IMG/VR virus record: IMGVR_UViG_3300037440_000142
Span: 1-51,586 of that record
Strand: one strand, 5' to 3'
Origin: a virus
Lineage: Duplodnaviria > Caudoviricetes
DNA length: 51,586 nt
Shown: positions 8,286 to 16,160 of the stretch, one piece after another
Layout of the letters: every line of letters begins with the position of its first letter
How positions within the stretch are numbered: position 1 is the stretch's first letter
Made by a program: the position numbers and the translations under genes
Notes under the pieces: generated by a model
What the model was told of the DNA's origin: nothing
Database searches by the model: none
What the model saw: the letters and a program-made list of their open reading frames with translations, nothing else

Positions 8286-8742
8286 GGCAGACCGAGAGAA
8301 GTACCAGAACGGCTACTACGCCGACAAACTGGAGCAGGGACTCCAGTTCCAGGACTTCGCCACGAGAGAACTGTACAAGCGCGGCATTGTCGTTGTCGGC
8401 TATGCCTCTCGTCGCTGGCAGAACGAGAAAGGCGAAAACATGCTGGGCGCTGAAATCAAGCGAGACGGCGAATTCAGAAACACTGGCAACTTGTACATTG
8501 AGATTGCCGAAAAGTCCCACCCGGACAAACCCAATTATACGCCGTCCGGAATTATGCGGGACGACAATTCATGGTTGTTTGTCATCGGGGACGAGCAAAC
8601 TCTCTACATTTTTTCAACTGTCTACCTCAGAAAGCTGATTAAGGCTCGTGGTTGGAGATTCGTTCAAAAGACAACCTCCCAAGCGCACCTAATGCCGCTT
8701 GAGGATGCTGAACGGTATTGCATTAGAAAGATAGAACCGTGA
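8263..8742 (+). CDS. Putative PD-(D/E)XK nuclease
   Basis: AEIKRD..TGNLYIE..PSGI motif; overlaps the methyltransferase stop. Confidence 0.55.
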   Translation: MKPAARLEADREKYQNGYYADKLEQGLQFQDFATRELYKRGIVVVGYASRRWQNEKGENMLGAEIKRDGEFRNTGNLYIEIAEKSHPDKPNYTPSGIMRDDNSWLFVIGDEQTLYIFSTVYLRKLIKARGWRFVQKTTSQAHLMPLEDAERYCIRKIEP

Positions 8743-8932
8743 GGGCGAACACGTAAAAAAGCGCGCGGTGTAGGGGTTAAGTAGTCAGGCACCGAATCAA
8801 TAACTGACTAGCCTAAATACGACGGATGGCTCCGACGGATTTGGGCTTCCTTACTCTCCAAATTCTGTTTGGGGGTAAGGGGGCCTTTACTCAGGATTCA
8901 CCAGCGGATTTGAACTTTTACTGGATACATGG

Positions 8933-9250
8933 ATGAAAACAGACATAGACCCTGACTTCCCTATCACCGAGAAAATGCGCGAGTGGGCTGCAATAAAAGT
9001 TCCTCGTGTAGATATCGACCTGGAGACAGAGAAGTTTATTGACTACTGGCTCGGACACGGCAAGCGCATGGCGAGTTGGGAAGCAACTTGGCGTAATTGG
9101 ATGCGGCGCGCACCCGACATGGGCGGCTGTTTGAAAGCTTTTGTACCGGCTAATCGAAAGCCACAGGAAGTAACCGAAGAACAGCTACAGAAGGACCGTG
9201 AACAGTGGCAAAGGGACATGGAAAGGCTGGGAGTGCGGGTAATCAAATGA
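8933..9250 (+). CDS. Minimal replication protein (DnaT-like domain as in the C-terminus of phage initiators)
   Basis: DF..TE.MREWA..ETEKFIDYW..K.MASWEATWRNWMRR. Confidence 0.65.
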   Translation: MKTDIDPDFPITEKMREWAAIKVPRVDIDLETEKFIDYWLGHGKRMASWEATWRNWMRRAPDMGGCLKAFVPANRKPQEVTEEQLQKDREQWQRDMERLGVRVIK

Positions 9251-9386
9251 AGTGTTGCATGGAATGCAAGGGTTCAAAGATTCTTGGAGTTGAAGTGAAT
9301 CCCTACTTTTTTAGCGACATTAATCGACGATTGTGGATATGCCGTGTTTGTGTTGATGCTGTTTTCAAACGATATCGGGAGAAGAA

Positions 9387-9587
9387 ATGCTAGACAAGAG
9401 ACTTCATAGGATTGGCAAGGTAACTATCAAGCCGGGAGGCATAACTGTCGAAGGCTTTCGCGCGGACGACTGCATGTGTCGTGAAGTCGCGATTCTCGGA
9501 ATGATGTGGGCTATTGACCAATTATGGACGGAAGTCAAAGCGACCATTGACCGTCCCGGTGGTAATGGAACGGCGGGGATTGATTGA
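9387..9587 (+). CDS. Hypothetical protein
   Basis: GGAG SD; coupled to the next gene. Confidence 0.5.
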   Translation: MLDKRLHRIGKVTIKPGGITVEGFRADDCMCREVAILGMMWAIDQLWTEVKATIDRPGGNGTAGID

Positions 9588-10003
9588 TGACCCCAACCGA
9601 ACTAGCAACCCTAGCCATAGGCTATGCATCAATGTTCTCTGGCTATCCCGTCCCGGACCATGCCGTGACTGTGGAATACGTACCCAATGCTTTCTTTGCC
9701 GAACACGTTTGTGGCGACGTGACGAAAAAGTGTGGCGTCTATGCCGCCTTCATGGACGGTGACGCGCCTTACACGCTGTATCTCGACGAACAATTCGAGG
9801 GCCAGCTTGATTACTACATCGCGAGTTTTGTAGTTCATGAGGCCGTTCACTACCTTGAATGGCACAGTGGCGCGTATGACACAAACAACTGCGACCACAG
9901 TTTGGCGCGGGAGCGACGCGGTTTGTACGTACAAAACCAGTACCTTGTTTTCAATGGGAAACGGCCGATTTTGAGAATGGTAAATGGAGCGTGCAAGAAA
10001 TGA
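9584..10003 (+). CDS. HExxH zinc-metallopeptidase-like protein
   Basis: LYLD..SFVVHEAVHYLE..ERRG..VQ. Confidence 0.6.
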   Translation: MMTPTELATLAIGYASMFSGYPVPDHAVTVEYVPNAFFAEHVCGDVTKKCGVYAAFMDGDAPYTLYLDEQFEGQLDYYIASFVVHEAVHYLEWHSGAYDTNNCDHSLARERRGLYVQNQYLVFNGKRPILRMVNGACKK

Positions 10004-10596
10004 AAAAGCGATGGACACCAGAAGAGATTGACTACATCCGGGCCAATTACGGACGTATGACGATTCGGGCCATTGCCGATTATCTTGGCCGTACTCATGC
10101 CAGCGTAGGAGCTTATGCAGACAAGCGCAAGTTAGGCAAACCAGTCAAGCCATGGACGGAAGAGGAAGAGGAATACATGGCGACCTGGTATGGCAAGAAA
10201 TCGTCTTGGCAGATTGCGCGACATCTTGGACGAACTTCTGGGAGTGTCAGGAAACGAGCACAGATGCGTGGATTAAGCGTGAACAACCAATACAAGGCCA
10301 AGGAGACAATTCTGTTCGGCAAGGTAATGAACGTTACCGAAATACGGGACTGGATGGGCGAGAACATGGATTACGTGCTGTCCCGTGCATGTCTTCTGGA
10401 CCGATTGAGACTAGGAAAGACAGATTGGGATTTGCTGGCAGCTCCGAACATTGCCAATTGCAAGCCCGAGAATCGTCCTGAAATATTCGTTATCACAGCC
10501 CTGTACGAATGGAAACGCTCACCGGAACTAAAGGCCTATTGCGGGCCAAGACGAAAGATATTGCCGGTGGCTTATCGGTATATGGAGGCGGCGTGA
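10000..10596 (+). CDS. DNA-binding protein with two HTH/Myb-like repeats
   Basis: WT.EE..Y...Y..IA..LGRT..SV occurs twice. Confidence 0.7.
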   Translation: MKKRWTPEEIDYIRANYGRMTIRAIADYLGRTHASVGAYADKRKLGKPVKPWTEEEEEYMATWYGKKSSWQIARHLGRTSGSVRKRAQMRGLSVNNQYKAKETILFGKVMNVTEIRDWMGENMDYVLSRACLLDRLRLGKTDWDLLAAPNIANCKPENRPEIFVITALYEWKRSPELKAYCGPRRKILPVAYRYMEAA

Positions 10597-10778
10597 TGGA
10601 GAAGAACAGTGGAAATTAATTGGTCATCACTTTTTGTTCATATTGGCCCGGTTGCTATACGTCCCGGTAAATACTGGATTGGGGTAGCTTCGGGTAATCG
10701 TTTCTGTACGAAGCAGCGCCGGACTGCCTCAAGGGCCATTGAGGATGCCAGAAAGATGGAGCAAGTCGGTGATAGGCA

Positions 10779-11081
10779 ATGACTGACAAACTCTGGAAAT
10801 CATGGGAACGCAAGATAGCCAAGTACATAGGTGGGGAGCGCATTCCTGTAAGCGGCAGACAACGAGGCTATGCACCGGATATCAAGCACGCCTGGTTGGC
10901 TGTCGAAATCAAGCAGCGGAAGAAACTACCAGAATGGATTGCGGACGCAATGAGACAAGCCGAAGCATCCGCCATTGGCGTACAGCTACCTGTTGTCATA
11001 CTCGCCGAGAAGGGCCAGGAAACGGGCGAGACCTATATCTTGTGTCGATTGAGCCAGTTTAGAGATCGGTGGATAGCGTGA
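10779..11081 (+). CDS. Holliday junction resolvase-like nuclease (Hjc-type)
   Basis: WERKIAKY..R.P.SG..PDI..VEIKQRK. Confidence 0.75.
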   Translation: MTDKLWKSWERKIAKYIGGERIPVSGRQRGYAPDIKHAWLAVEIKQRKKLPEWIADAMRQAEASAIGVQLPVVILAEKGQETGETYILCRLSQFRDRWIA

Positions 11082-11106
11082 CTATCAATTTCAGGGGCAT
11101 TGATGA

Positions 11107-11526
11107 ATGTTGATAGATCGCTATCAGTCTAATGACATCGAGAGTGCCATATCCTGTTGGGGCGCATGGGCACGTCGTACAACAGACAGATTAGGGTATC
11201 CGCGAACATCCTGCATTTCTCGAATGGTTGAACAAGTCAAGGTTTTCTCAAAAAAGGCAGATACAGAGAAAACACTGACAGCAAGGGGTAAGCAAACCAA
11301 ATCCATGAACGCGCCCAAAATCGGCTATGTAGACCCTCAGATAATGGCTATTGACCGTATTGTGGCGGATCTGTCGGGACGGCATAAGAAGGCCATTTAT
11401 AGACGATATCTTTGGCTTCAGCCGGACCGGATAGCGGCATTGCAGTTGAGGATGGACAGACACGAGTATACGGCGCTGGCTAATGATGCGGTAAAATATA
11501 TTGGAGATAGGTTGGGGGTTTTGTGA
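11107..11526 (+). CDS. Antitermination protein Q-like late regulator
   Basis: WGAWAR..LGYP N-terminus and C-terminal HTH; lies before the late promoter and terminator. Confidence 0.7.
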   Translation: MLIDRYQSNDIESAISCWGAWARRTTDRLGYPRTSCISRMVEQVKVFSKKADTEKTLTARGKQTKSMNAPKIGYVDPQIMAIDRIVADLSGRHKKAIYRRYLWLQPDRIAALQLRMDRHEYTALANDAVKYIGDRLGVL

Positions 11527-11543
11527 TGGAGAAGGTCTCGAAA

Positions 11544-11761
11544 TGACAACGCTGATAATTGAGGTTCCAGGCGGATTAGTCCGGGAAGCGCGCGAGGCCG
11601 CAGAGGAATTGTGCGGTGGCGGATCGTTGCAGTGGGAGTACATAGAAGGTGCTTGGACCGCCTATCCTAATACGAACGGCCCGCCTGTACGGGTCTATCG
11701 CGGTGTATACGACTTGCCGGGCAAGCTCGATCTGCCTGCGCCTGTAATCCACTCCCGGTAA
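11544..11761 (+). CDS. Hypothetical protein (start approximate)
   Basis: Open frame after the Q-like gene. Confidence 0.4.
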
Positions 11762-11770
11762 TAAACAGTG

Positions 11771-11944
11771 AATCTTTTGAGGATGGTGCGGCGTGGAAAG
11801 CAGACACGCTCGGTCGCTGAGAACAGCGTGGTGGAAGTCATCCTTCCCCCGTGAAGCACCACGGTATAGATAGTTGCCCATACGCGCGATAGATAAGGGC
11901 AAGTGCATAGCCGGAGTAGCGACCGGCCACCATCCTCAAAGGGT
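11771..11944 (+). ncRNA. tRNA-shaped structured RNA candidate
   Basis: 13-bp closing stem 11776-11788/11928-11940, D-like and T-like hairpins in tRNA geometry, plus three internal hairpins. Confidence 0.6.
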
Positions 11945-11949
11945 TTATA

Positions 11950-11974
11950 GCGTCCGTAGCTCAAATGGATAAAG
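11950..11974 (+). pseudogene. 5' fragment of a tRNA-Arg-like gene
   Basis: GCGTCCGTAGCTCAAATGGATAAAG resembles the bacterial tRNA-Arg 5' end (GCATCCGTAGCTCAGCTGGATAGAG); no anticodon or T arm follows. Confidence 0.45.
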
Positions 11975-12180
11975 AAATGAACTGGACAAAAGAACCACCG
12001 AGCGAACCGGGGATTTATTGGTATCGCTACGAAGACGACGACAGCCCTGAAATTGTCAGCGTATCTCTTGAGGCGTGGGGCGTTAGGCGCATCGGGTCAG
12101 ATGTCTTTGAAGATCTAGACGACTTTATCGACGACAACGATATTGAATGGTGGCCGGAGAGGCTGGTACCACCAAAATAA
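11965..12180 (+). CDS. Hypothetical phage protein
   Basis: WTKEPPSEPGIYWYR...W...L.PP motif. Confidence 0.65.
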   Translation: MDKEMNWTKEPPSEPGIYWYRYEDDDSPEIVSVSLEAWGVRRIGSDVFEDLDDFIDDNDIEWWPERLVPPK

Positions 12181-12218
12181 TAACTCCAGAGAGTAAACAC
12201 AACATCTAGCGAAGACTA

Positions 12219-12246
12219 TTGAACTTATTACTTAATGTGGTAGTCT
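12219..12246 (+). promoter_or_regulatory. Candidate late promoter (PR'-like)
   Basis: TTGAAC, 16 nt, TAGTCT with extended -10 TG; terminator ~80 nt downstream. Confidence 0.55.
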
Positions 12247-12322
12247 TACGTTACTTAGCTGCCGGCGCTATACCGGGACTGCCTCCGGGCCACTCCCGGA
12301 TAACTACGCCCCGAATAACCCC

Positions 12323-12348
12323 AAACCGCCCACCGAGGCGGTTTTTTT
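12323..12348 (+). terminator. tR'-like intrinsic terminator
   Basis: AAACCGCC-caccga-GGCGGTTTTTTT. Confidence 0.8.
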
Positions 12349-12363
12349 ATGCGCGAGTGATTT

Positions 12364-12927
12364 ATGGCCCGACCTCCCAGCCCAGAGCGAGAGGAGGCCG
12401 TAGCGTTAGGTAGGTCGCAGTATTCCACTGGAAGGCCGTGCAGATATGGGCACGTATCTAACAGGTACGTTAATGACCGTCTTTGCGTGGCGTGTAAGAG
12501 AGAGAAAAATGCCGCATTTCGTTCCGATAATCCAGGTTATCGAAGATCTTGGATAAAGGAAAATGGGCAAAAAGAAGCCGCTCTAAAGAGGCGTTGGCAG
12601 CAAAACAATCCGGAGAAAGTTAGGGAATCGTCTCGTAAGACACAGCGCAAGTACCGAGATGAATATCGACCCAGAAGAACCGCAGACGCTAATAAGAGGA
12701 GGTGCGCCAAGCTCCAGAGGGCCGTTTCTTGGGCCAACAATAAGAAAATTACTCGAATATACGAGCTGGCCAAATGGGCATCGCGGTTCACGGATGAGCC
12801 ATTGCACGTTGACCATATTATTCCATTGCAGGGCGAGAATATTTCCGGCCTGCACGTCGAAACAAATTTGCAAATTCTTCCCGCTAGCGAGAACTGCGCG
12901 AAGAAAAACTACTTTCCAAACCCCTGA
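12364..12927 (+). CDS. HNH endonuclease
   Basis: TGRPCRYGH..CVAC N-terminus; HVDHIIPLQG..SGLHV..NLQIL..N.AKKN. Confidence 0.88.
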   Translation: MARPPSPEREEAVALGRSQYSTGRPCRYGHVSNRYVNDRLCVACKREKNAAFRSDNPGYRRSWIKENGQKEAALKRRWQQNNPEKVRESSRKTQRKYRDEYRPRRTADANKRRCAKLQRAVSWANNKKITRIYELAKWASRFTDEPLHVDHIIPLQGENISGLHVETNLQILPASENCAKKNYFPNP

Positions 12928-13069
12928 TTAGGGGAGGAGAAAAGGTCAGGTAAAAGCCAGTGACACTAGTCACTTGCTGGCCCTGACCAACCCCGGTTTT
13001 CGCCGGGTTTTATTCCTATGACACGCTACGTCAAACGAGTCCGTAAACATTACGAACGGGACGATTTGC

Positions 13070-13260
13070 CGCGTGTATTCAGCCTTGGCCTGCGCCATGT
13101 AGACGATTGGAAGATTAGGTGGGCGGAGATGACCCGCCCAAAACCACGACTGGTTCACAGTTCGAATTGTGAAAAAATACCTTCCAGATAGTTCCATGGG
13201 GTGGTATGGTGCTTGACGAATGCCCGAACTGGCAGGGTTGCGGCCCCACCAGTCGGGACT
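13070..13260 (+). ncRNA. Candidate structured non-coding RNA
   Basis: Nested helices, a multiway junction and a GTTCGAA T-loop-like hairpin in a region lacking a credible ORF. Confidence 0.4.
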
Positions 13261-13292
13261 AACCACCAGCCGACCCCGTGGAGGGCCAACTA

Positions 13293-13484
13293 ATGGCTGC
13301 ATCAAGTCTAGCAATACTTGCACCCGAAAAGGGTAATTTCCTGACCCGCTTGTTTCGTCCACGGCAAAAGATATTGCCTGGTTCCGAATACGCTGTTGAG
13401 GATGGCGATAAGCATTTCCTGAACGGAATTGGCGATGTCTACGCCAGAAAACCAGACGGTCGAGTTTATGACTTGACCGAATAA
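13293..13484 (+). CDS. Hypothetical protein
   Basis: GGAGG SD before ATG 13293. Confidence 0.6.
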   Translation: MAASSLAILAPEKGNFLTRLFRPRQKILPGSEYAVEDGDKHFLNGIGDVYARKPDGRVYDLTE

Positions 13485-13506
13485 AGCCAAATCAAGATCA
13501 AATCAT

Positions 13507-13530
13507 AGCCCCGCTAGTCGGGGCTTTTTT
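13507..13530 (+). terminator. Intrinsic terminator
   Basis: AGCCCCG-ctagt-CGGGCT followed by a T run. Confidence 0.65.
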
Positions 13531-13543
13531 GTGGAACAAGTTA

Positions 13544-14254
13544 ATGCTCTACCTAGTTTCCGGCTACAGGCGTTCCGGAACATCGGCCTGTATGCGGGCG
13601 CTTCAGGAGGGATTACTTGAGGGGGCGGTGGCGTACCAGCCAAGTCAAGAAAAGATAGGTGCCGCGCCTCTGGATGGCTACGTTGCAAATCCGTCCGGGC
13701 TTCTTGAAGTCGGACAATACTGGTACATGCGGCCAAAGTTTTTGCGCGGCGTACCCGAAGGAACACTTTTCAAGTGCCTTTATGATGGCCTCCCGCACCT
13801 CCCGAGGAGAGACTACGTTGTGGTTTTCATGCGGAGAGACCCGCAAGAGATCGCCGCATCTTGTGCCCGCGTAGATCAGCATTTGCGACAAATGGGAGTG
13901 AAAGAGAATACAGAAAAGAATTTCCCATTTGATTGCTTCCGTCCGTATGACCAGGAAGACATCGATCACGTCATCGGCATTATGCAAGCCAGATCAGACG
14001 TTAGATTGATACAGGTTCAGTTTGCGGAAATGGTCAGCGATCCACTACGTATATTTCGTGATCTTGCGGAATATATTCCGCTTAATCCCGAAAAGTCAGC
14101 ATCAACAGTTATCCCCAGTTATTACAGGTTCAGAAATGGCAGCAGCAGCGAAAGCCGGGATGAGGGGCCACGCCCCGACGGTAAAGATAGCCCCGACCTA
14201 CAAGATAAGCGAAGCGGATGCCGCGAAGATAATCGGCAATCCAGAGCGCTTTAA
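13544..14254 (+). CDS. Sulfotransferase-like P-loop-fold protein
   Basis: LVSGYRRSGTSACMRAL (RSGTS PAPS-binding-type loop), NPSGLLE, VVFMRRDPQEIAAS, F..MV.DP. Confidence 0.7.
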   Translation: MLYLVSGYRRSGTSACMRALQEGLLEGAVAYQPSQEKIGAAPLDGYVANPSGLLEVGQYWYMRPKFLRGVPEGTLFKCLYDGLPHLPRRDYVVVFMRRDPQEIAASCARVDQHLRQMGVKENTEKNFPFDCFRPYDQEDIDHVIGIMQARSDVRLIQVQFAEMVSDPLRIFRDLAEYIPLNPEKSASTVIPSYYRFRNGSSSESRDEGPRPDGKDSPDLQDKRSGCREDNRQSRAL

Positions 14255-15638
14255 GTACGAGAAGTGCTGGAGTCTCAACGATTATCGCAAATATTCTCCC
14301 GGCGAGAATCTTGTAGACCTGTTCATTGAAACGGCCAATCCCAAAGAGGGCGAAACCCTTGTTGATTGGGGGTGTGGTACTGGACGAGCCGGCCTAAAAC
14401 TACACCAGCACGGCCTTGATGTAACGCTCGTAGACTTTGCCGGTAACTGTCTTGACGACGAAGTAAAGCAAGCACTCAACAGTAAGCTACGCTTTACCGA
14501 ACATGACTTATCAGTAAAGCGTCCTTTCCCATCGACATATGGTTTTTGTACCGATGTCATGGAGCATATTCCCGAGAACCAGGTGGATGCGGTTCTGGAC
14601 AATATACTCGAATACTCAAGGCACGTATTCCTGCAAATATCGACTGTAGACGACGTTTTCGGCGGTCATCCGAAGATTGGCGAAGACCTGCATGTAACGG
14701 TTCGCCCCTACCAGTGGTGGCTCAAGAAACTGGTATCGAAGGACGTTGTAGTCCATCACTCGAACGACTTGGGTAATGCGGCGATATTTTATGTCACCGG
14801 CTGGGGCAGTGTAAACCTGCACGGTAAGGGCGAAGTCAACATCGGGCCAGAGCAGATAATCGAGAACATGAAGGCCAATGCAAAGCATGGCTTTCAGCCC
14901 GTAAGGCCCCACGAACGGCAGGAGACTGAGCTTATCATCCTCGCTGGTGGCCCCACGCTTAACGATTTCGAGGATGAAATTGTCGATTTGCGCCGCTCAG
15001 GTATGCCATTGGTTACAGTCAACGGGTCCTACAAGTGGGCAATTGACAGGGACTTGAGTCCGTCGCTGCAACTGATAATCGACGGCCGTGAACACAACAA
15101 GCGATTTACCGAACAGGTACCTGGACTTACAGACAAGACCAAATACATCTGCGCATCACAATGTCATCCCGATGTCTTTACGGATCTTCCCAAAGACCGA
15201 ACTTACATGTGGCAGGTATCTATCGAGGATTCGTTGATACCGCACATCACAGAGCATTACGGGGAGATGTACAAGGACTGGCTTCCCTGTCCCGGTGGCT
15301 CAACTGTCACGACCCGCGCGCTATGCCTCCTGATGATGTTGGGCTATTACAAATTCCACATCTACGGATTTGACAGTTGCCTTTTTGACGGCAAGGGACA
15401 TCACGCATACGACCAACCCGAGAACGATAAACAGGCACAAATGGAAATCGTGGTTGCGAAAGGCACAGAACACGAAAGGAAGTTTCTGTGTAATCCGTGG
15501 CATGTATTCCAGGCAAGGGATTTTCAGGCAATGGTTTCGCGTGTGCTTAAAGACGCAAAGTTAGATGTAAAAGGTGATGGGTTGATTTCATATCTTATCG
15601 CGACTGGTGCGCGGATAGCTGATCAACAGACAGTTTAA
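14136..15638 (+). CDS. Class I SAM methyltransferase fused to Maf/DUF115-like transferase domain
   Basis: VDWGCGTG, CTDVMEHIP; then ILAGGPTL, VTVNGSY, ASQCHP, GGSTVTTRA..LGY..FHIYGFDSC. Confidence 0.75.
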   Translation: MAAAAKAGMRGHAPTVKIAPTYKISEADAAKIIGNPERFKYEKCWSLNDYRKYSPGENLVDLFIETANPKEGETLVDWGCGTGRAGLKLHQHGLDVTLVDFAGNCLDDEVKQALNSKLRFTEHDLSVKRPFPSTYGFCTDVMEHIPENQVDAVLDNILEYSRHVFLQISTVDDVFGGHPKIGEDLHVTVRPYQWWLKKLVSKDVVVHHSNDLGNAAIFYVTGWGSVNLHGKGEVNIGPEQIIENMKANAKHGFQPVRPHERQETELIILAGGPTLNDFEDEIVDLRRSGMPLVTVNGSYKWAIDRDLSPSLQLIIDGREHNKRFTEQVPGLTDKTKYICASQCHPDVFTDLPKDRTYMWQVSIEDSLIPHITEHYGEMYKDWLPCPGGSTVTTRALCLLMMLGYYKFHIYGFDSCLFDGKGHHAYDQPENDKQAQMEIVVAKGTEHERKFLCNPWHVFQARDFQAMVSRVLKDAKLDVKGDGLISYLIATGARIADQQTV

Positions 15639-15683
15639 TTCTTAACCCGCCCAAGGATGGGCGTAATTGTATAGGGACATACT

Positions 15684-16127
15684 ATGGCTGCTTCGGCATG
15701 GACTATTTTCGACAGGGCCAAACATTACATTGGCGATGGAACGATCCCGCTCTCAGGTGGGATATTCCGACTCTCATTACATCGTACTTCTGCGTCCGCA
15801 AATCTTGTGGGCAATATCACGATCTTTTCGTCTGTGGGCGAGCAGTGTTCTGGCGGCGGTTATGTCGCTCAGACATTGGCCTCTCACACATGGACTGCTG
15901 GCGCATCGGCGGGCCAGCAAAGATTCGATGCAGCAGATCCGGTATTTACTGCAAGCGCCTCGACGCTTAGTGCAGTCCGGTATGCAGTCATTCGACTGAG
16001 TTCTGGATCTACTACGTCTGGACTGCTGTTGTGCTATGCGGCTTTGAGTACCAGTGAATTCAATATCAGCACGGGTAACACATTAACGTTGCAGCTCGCA
16101 GCGACTGGTATCTTCACGCTCGCATAG
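15684..16127 (+). CDS. Small beta-rich virion protein (fibre-associated)
   Basis: SGGGY..L..FDAADPVFT..RYAVI..LLCY..G.TLTL..GIFTL pattern of phage fibre-module proteins. Confidence 0.65.
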   Translation: MAASAWTIFDRAKHYIGDGTIPLSGGIFRLSLHRTSASANLVGNITIFSSVGEQCSGGGYVAQTLASHTWTAGASAGQQRFDAADPVFTASASTLSAVRYAVIRLSSGSTTSGLLLCYAALSTSEFNISTGNTLTLQLAATGIFTLA

Positions 16128-16160
16128 CCTTGATTATAAGGGGCTTTTGGGGCGTCATGG

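Noticed and set aside
12364-13260. HNH plus adjacent structured RNA as an IscB/OMEGA system or group I intron
   Set aside because: No RuvC or PLMP motifs, no interrupted host gene, no convincing P7 core; the HNH is a common free-standing type
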